A stretch of DNA of 64,000 nt from an uncultured Verrucomicrobiota bacterium (lineage in GTDB: Bacteria; Verrucomicrobiota; Kiritimatiellia; CAIQIC01; Lenti-01), in assembly GCA_937872095.1 (NCBI GenBank), contig CALMNW010000014.1, forward strand, positions 18,512 to 82,511. Direction: 5' to 3'. A program made the position numbers and the translations under genes. Shown piece after piece: positions 62,891 through 64,000 of the stretch; the first letter of the stretch is position 1; every line of letters starts with the position of its first letter. The notes under the pieces are model-generated. The model worked only from the letters and a program-made list of their open reading frames with translations. It had not been told where the DNA came from and searched no databases.

Positions 62891-62990
62891 ATTCCGCGGC
62901 GCCTTTCAAGCAAAACGCGCGGTCCGCCCCTTCTTTGCGCTTCTTTCCCGGCGGGACGCGCGCTAAGATGCGCTCGAAAGGTATTCCGCC

Positions 62991-63554
62991 ATGCGCAAAC
63001 GATCCAAGCAGATCCTCATCCTTCTCGGCAGTCCCCGCGAAGACGGCAATTCCACCCGGCTGGCCTTCGCCTTCGCCGATGCCGCCAGCCGCAACGGACA
63101 CGCCGTGCGCTCCATCCGCCTCCCCGCGCTCGACGTCGCGCCCTGCGACGGCTGCCGGCAATGCTGGGCCAAGGCCTCCCAGCCCTGCGTCATCCGCGAC
63201 GACATGGATTCCGTCTATCCCCTCCTGCGCGCCGCCGACGTGCTGGTCTTCGCGACGCCTCTGCATTTCTACACCTGGTCCGCGCCGATCAAGACGCTGA
63301 CCGACCGCCTGGTCTGCCTGACTCCGCAGTTCAAGCGCAACCTCAAGGGCAAGACGTCCGTGTTGCTGGCCACCGCCGCCGACGAACGCCCCGCCGCGTT
63401 CGCCGGACTGACCGCGACGTATCGCCTCGTGGCGGACTACATGGGTTGGAAACGGCTCGGGGAAGTTCGAATCGGCGGCCTCGCGGCCGAAGACGACGTG
63501 TCCCGCGCCGGCCGGGCGCTGGCCAGGGCCGACGCGCTCGGTTCCCGTCTCTGA
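62991..63554 (+). CDS. Flavodoxin-like NAD(P)H-dependent FMN reductase / iron-sulfur flavoprotein-like
   Basis: 'ILILLGSPREDGNST', compact Cys motif 'CDGCRQC', 'LVFATPLHFYTWSAPIKTLTDRL'. Confidence 0.75.
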   Translation: MRKRSKQILILLGSPREDGNSTRLAFAFADAASRNGHAVRSIRLPALDVAPCDGCRQCWAKASQPCVIRDDMDSVYPLLRAADVLVFATPLHFYTWSAPIKTLTDRLVCLTPQFKRNLKGKTSVLLATAADERPAAFAGLTATYRLVADYMGWKRLGEVRIGGLAAEDDVSRAGRALARADALGSRL

Positions 63555-63623
63555 TCGCCCGTTGATTCGCCCGCAACCCCGTGGTATATTGACCGACCGA
63601 TCGACCATCGAAACCGAGACACC

Positions 63624-64000
63624 ATGAGCACAACCTCGCCCCTCATCCGCAAAGCCTGCTTCAGCGACGGCCCCGCCATTTTCAAATGCATCAAGGCGCA
63701 CCCCGGCGAGCTGGTGCCGCGGCCCCTCAGCGACATCCTGCTGCACATCGACCGCTTCCTGGTCGCCGAACTCGACGGCGAAATCGTCGGCACCGCCTCC
63801 TGGGCCGTCTTGCCCGAACTCGATCCGAGCAAAAATCCGTCCATCGAGATCCAATCGGTCTCCGTGCGGGACGACCTCCAGAAGCAGGGCCTCGGCCGCC
63901 GTCTCGTCGAAACGGCGCTGGCGCGCGTCGCCGAATTCAAACCCGACCAGATCATCGTGCTGACGTTCACGCCGCCGTTTTTCGCCAGCCTCGGCTTCGT
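63624..64000 (+). CDS. GNAT-family N-acetyltransferase (3' end outside window)
   Basis: My own translation from the ATG at 63624: 'MSTTSPLIRKACFSDGPAIFK...FLVAELDGEIVGTASW...IQSVSVRDDLQKQGLGRRLVE' (acetyl-CoA motif Q/RxxGxG). The frame is open to the window end and the ORF is not in the supplied track. Confidence 0.7.
   Translation, partial: MSTTSPLIRKACFSDGPAIFKCIKAHPGELVPRPLSDILLHIDRFLVAELDGEIVGTASWAVLPELDPSKNPSIEIQSVSVRDDLQKQGLGRRLVETALARVAEFKPDQIIVLTFTPPFFASLGF

Overview
A 64 kb, very GC-rich chromosomal segment. Gene content, giant secreted multidomain proteins and the mosaic short intergenic repeats suggest a PVC-superphylum organism (Kiritimatiellota/Verrucomicrobiota-like); this is inference only. 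Most of the window is housekeeping or envelope genes: gpmI (partial), yggU-like, hypD, miaB, acnA, rnr, sufS-sufU, malQ, an ABC-F ATPase, an SDR, tRNA-Val and two sensor systems. There are two giant secreted proteins. One is an 1837-aa S8 protease carrying P-domain, LTD and He_PIG repeats. The other is a 1956-aa ExeM-like EEP nuclease carrying LTD, TSP3 and MBG repeats. The main outlier is an AT-rich, repeat-bounded islet at about 17.5-22.2 kb. It carries a three-gene cassette (soluble TIR-wHTH, minimal 4-TM protein, 2TM-TIR) that I cannot assign to a named defence system, followed by a phased decamer array. Other points of interest are listed below.
- A tight operon of an orphan mdcA-like transferase, an MBOAT and an AlgJ-like protein, behind an ArsR-like gene with twin palindromic operators.
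- A four-helix-bundle (23S-IVS-type) ORF enclosed by a perfect 36-bp inverted repeat inside a protein-coding gene string.
- A zinc-ribbon protein with a histone-H1-like K/A tail.
- An M14 peptidase-FGE fusion.
- An ISL3 remnant with a tandemly duplicated end next to tRNA-Val.
- A family of 170-280 bp structured intergenic repeats.
Many long alternate-frame or antisense ORFs in the track are GC-driven artefacts. All coordinates and motifs were read by eye, and no database searches were run.
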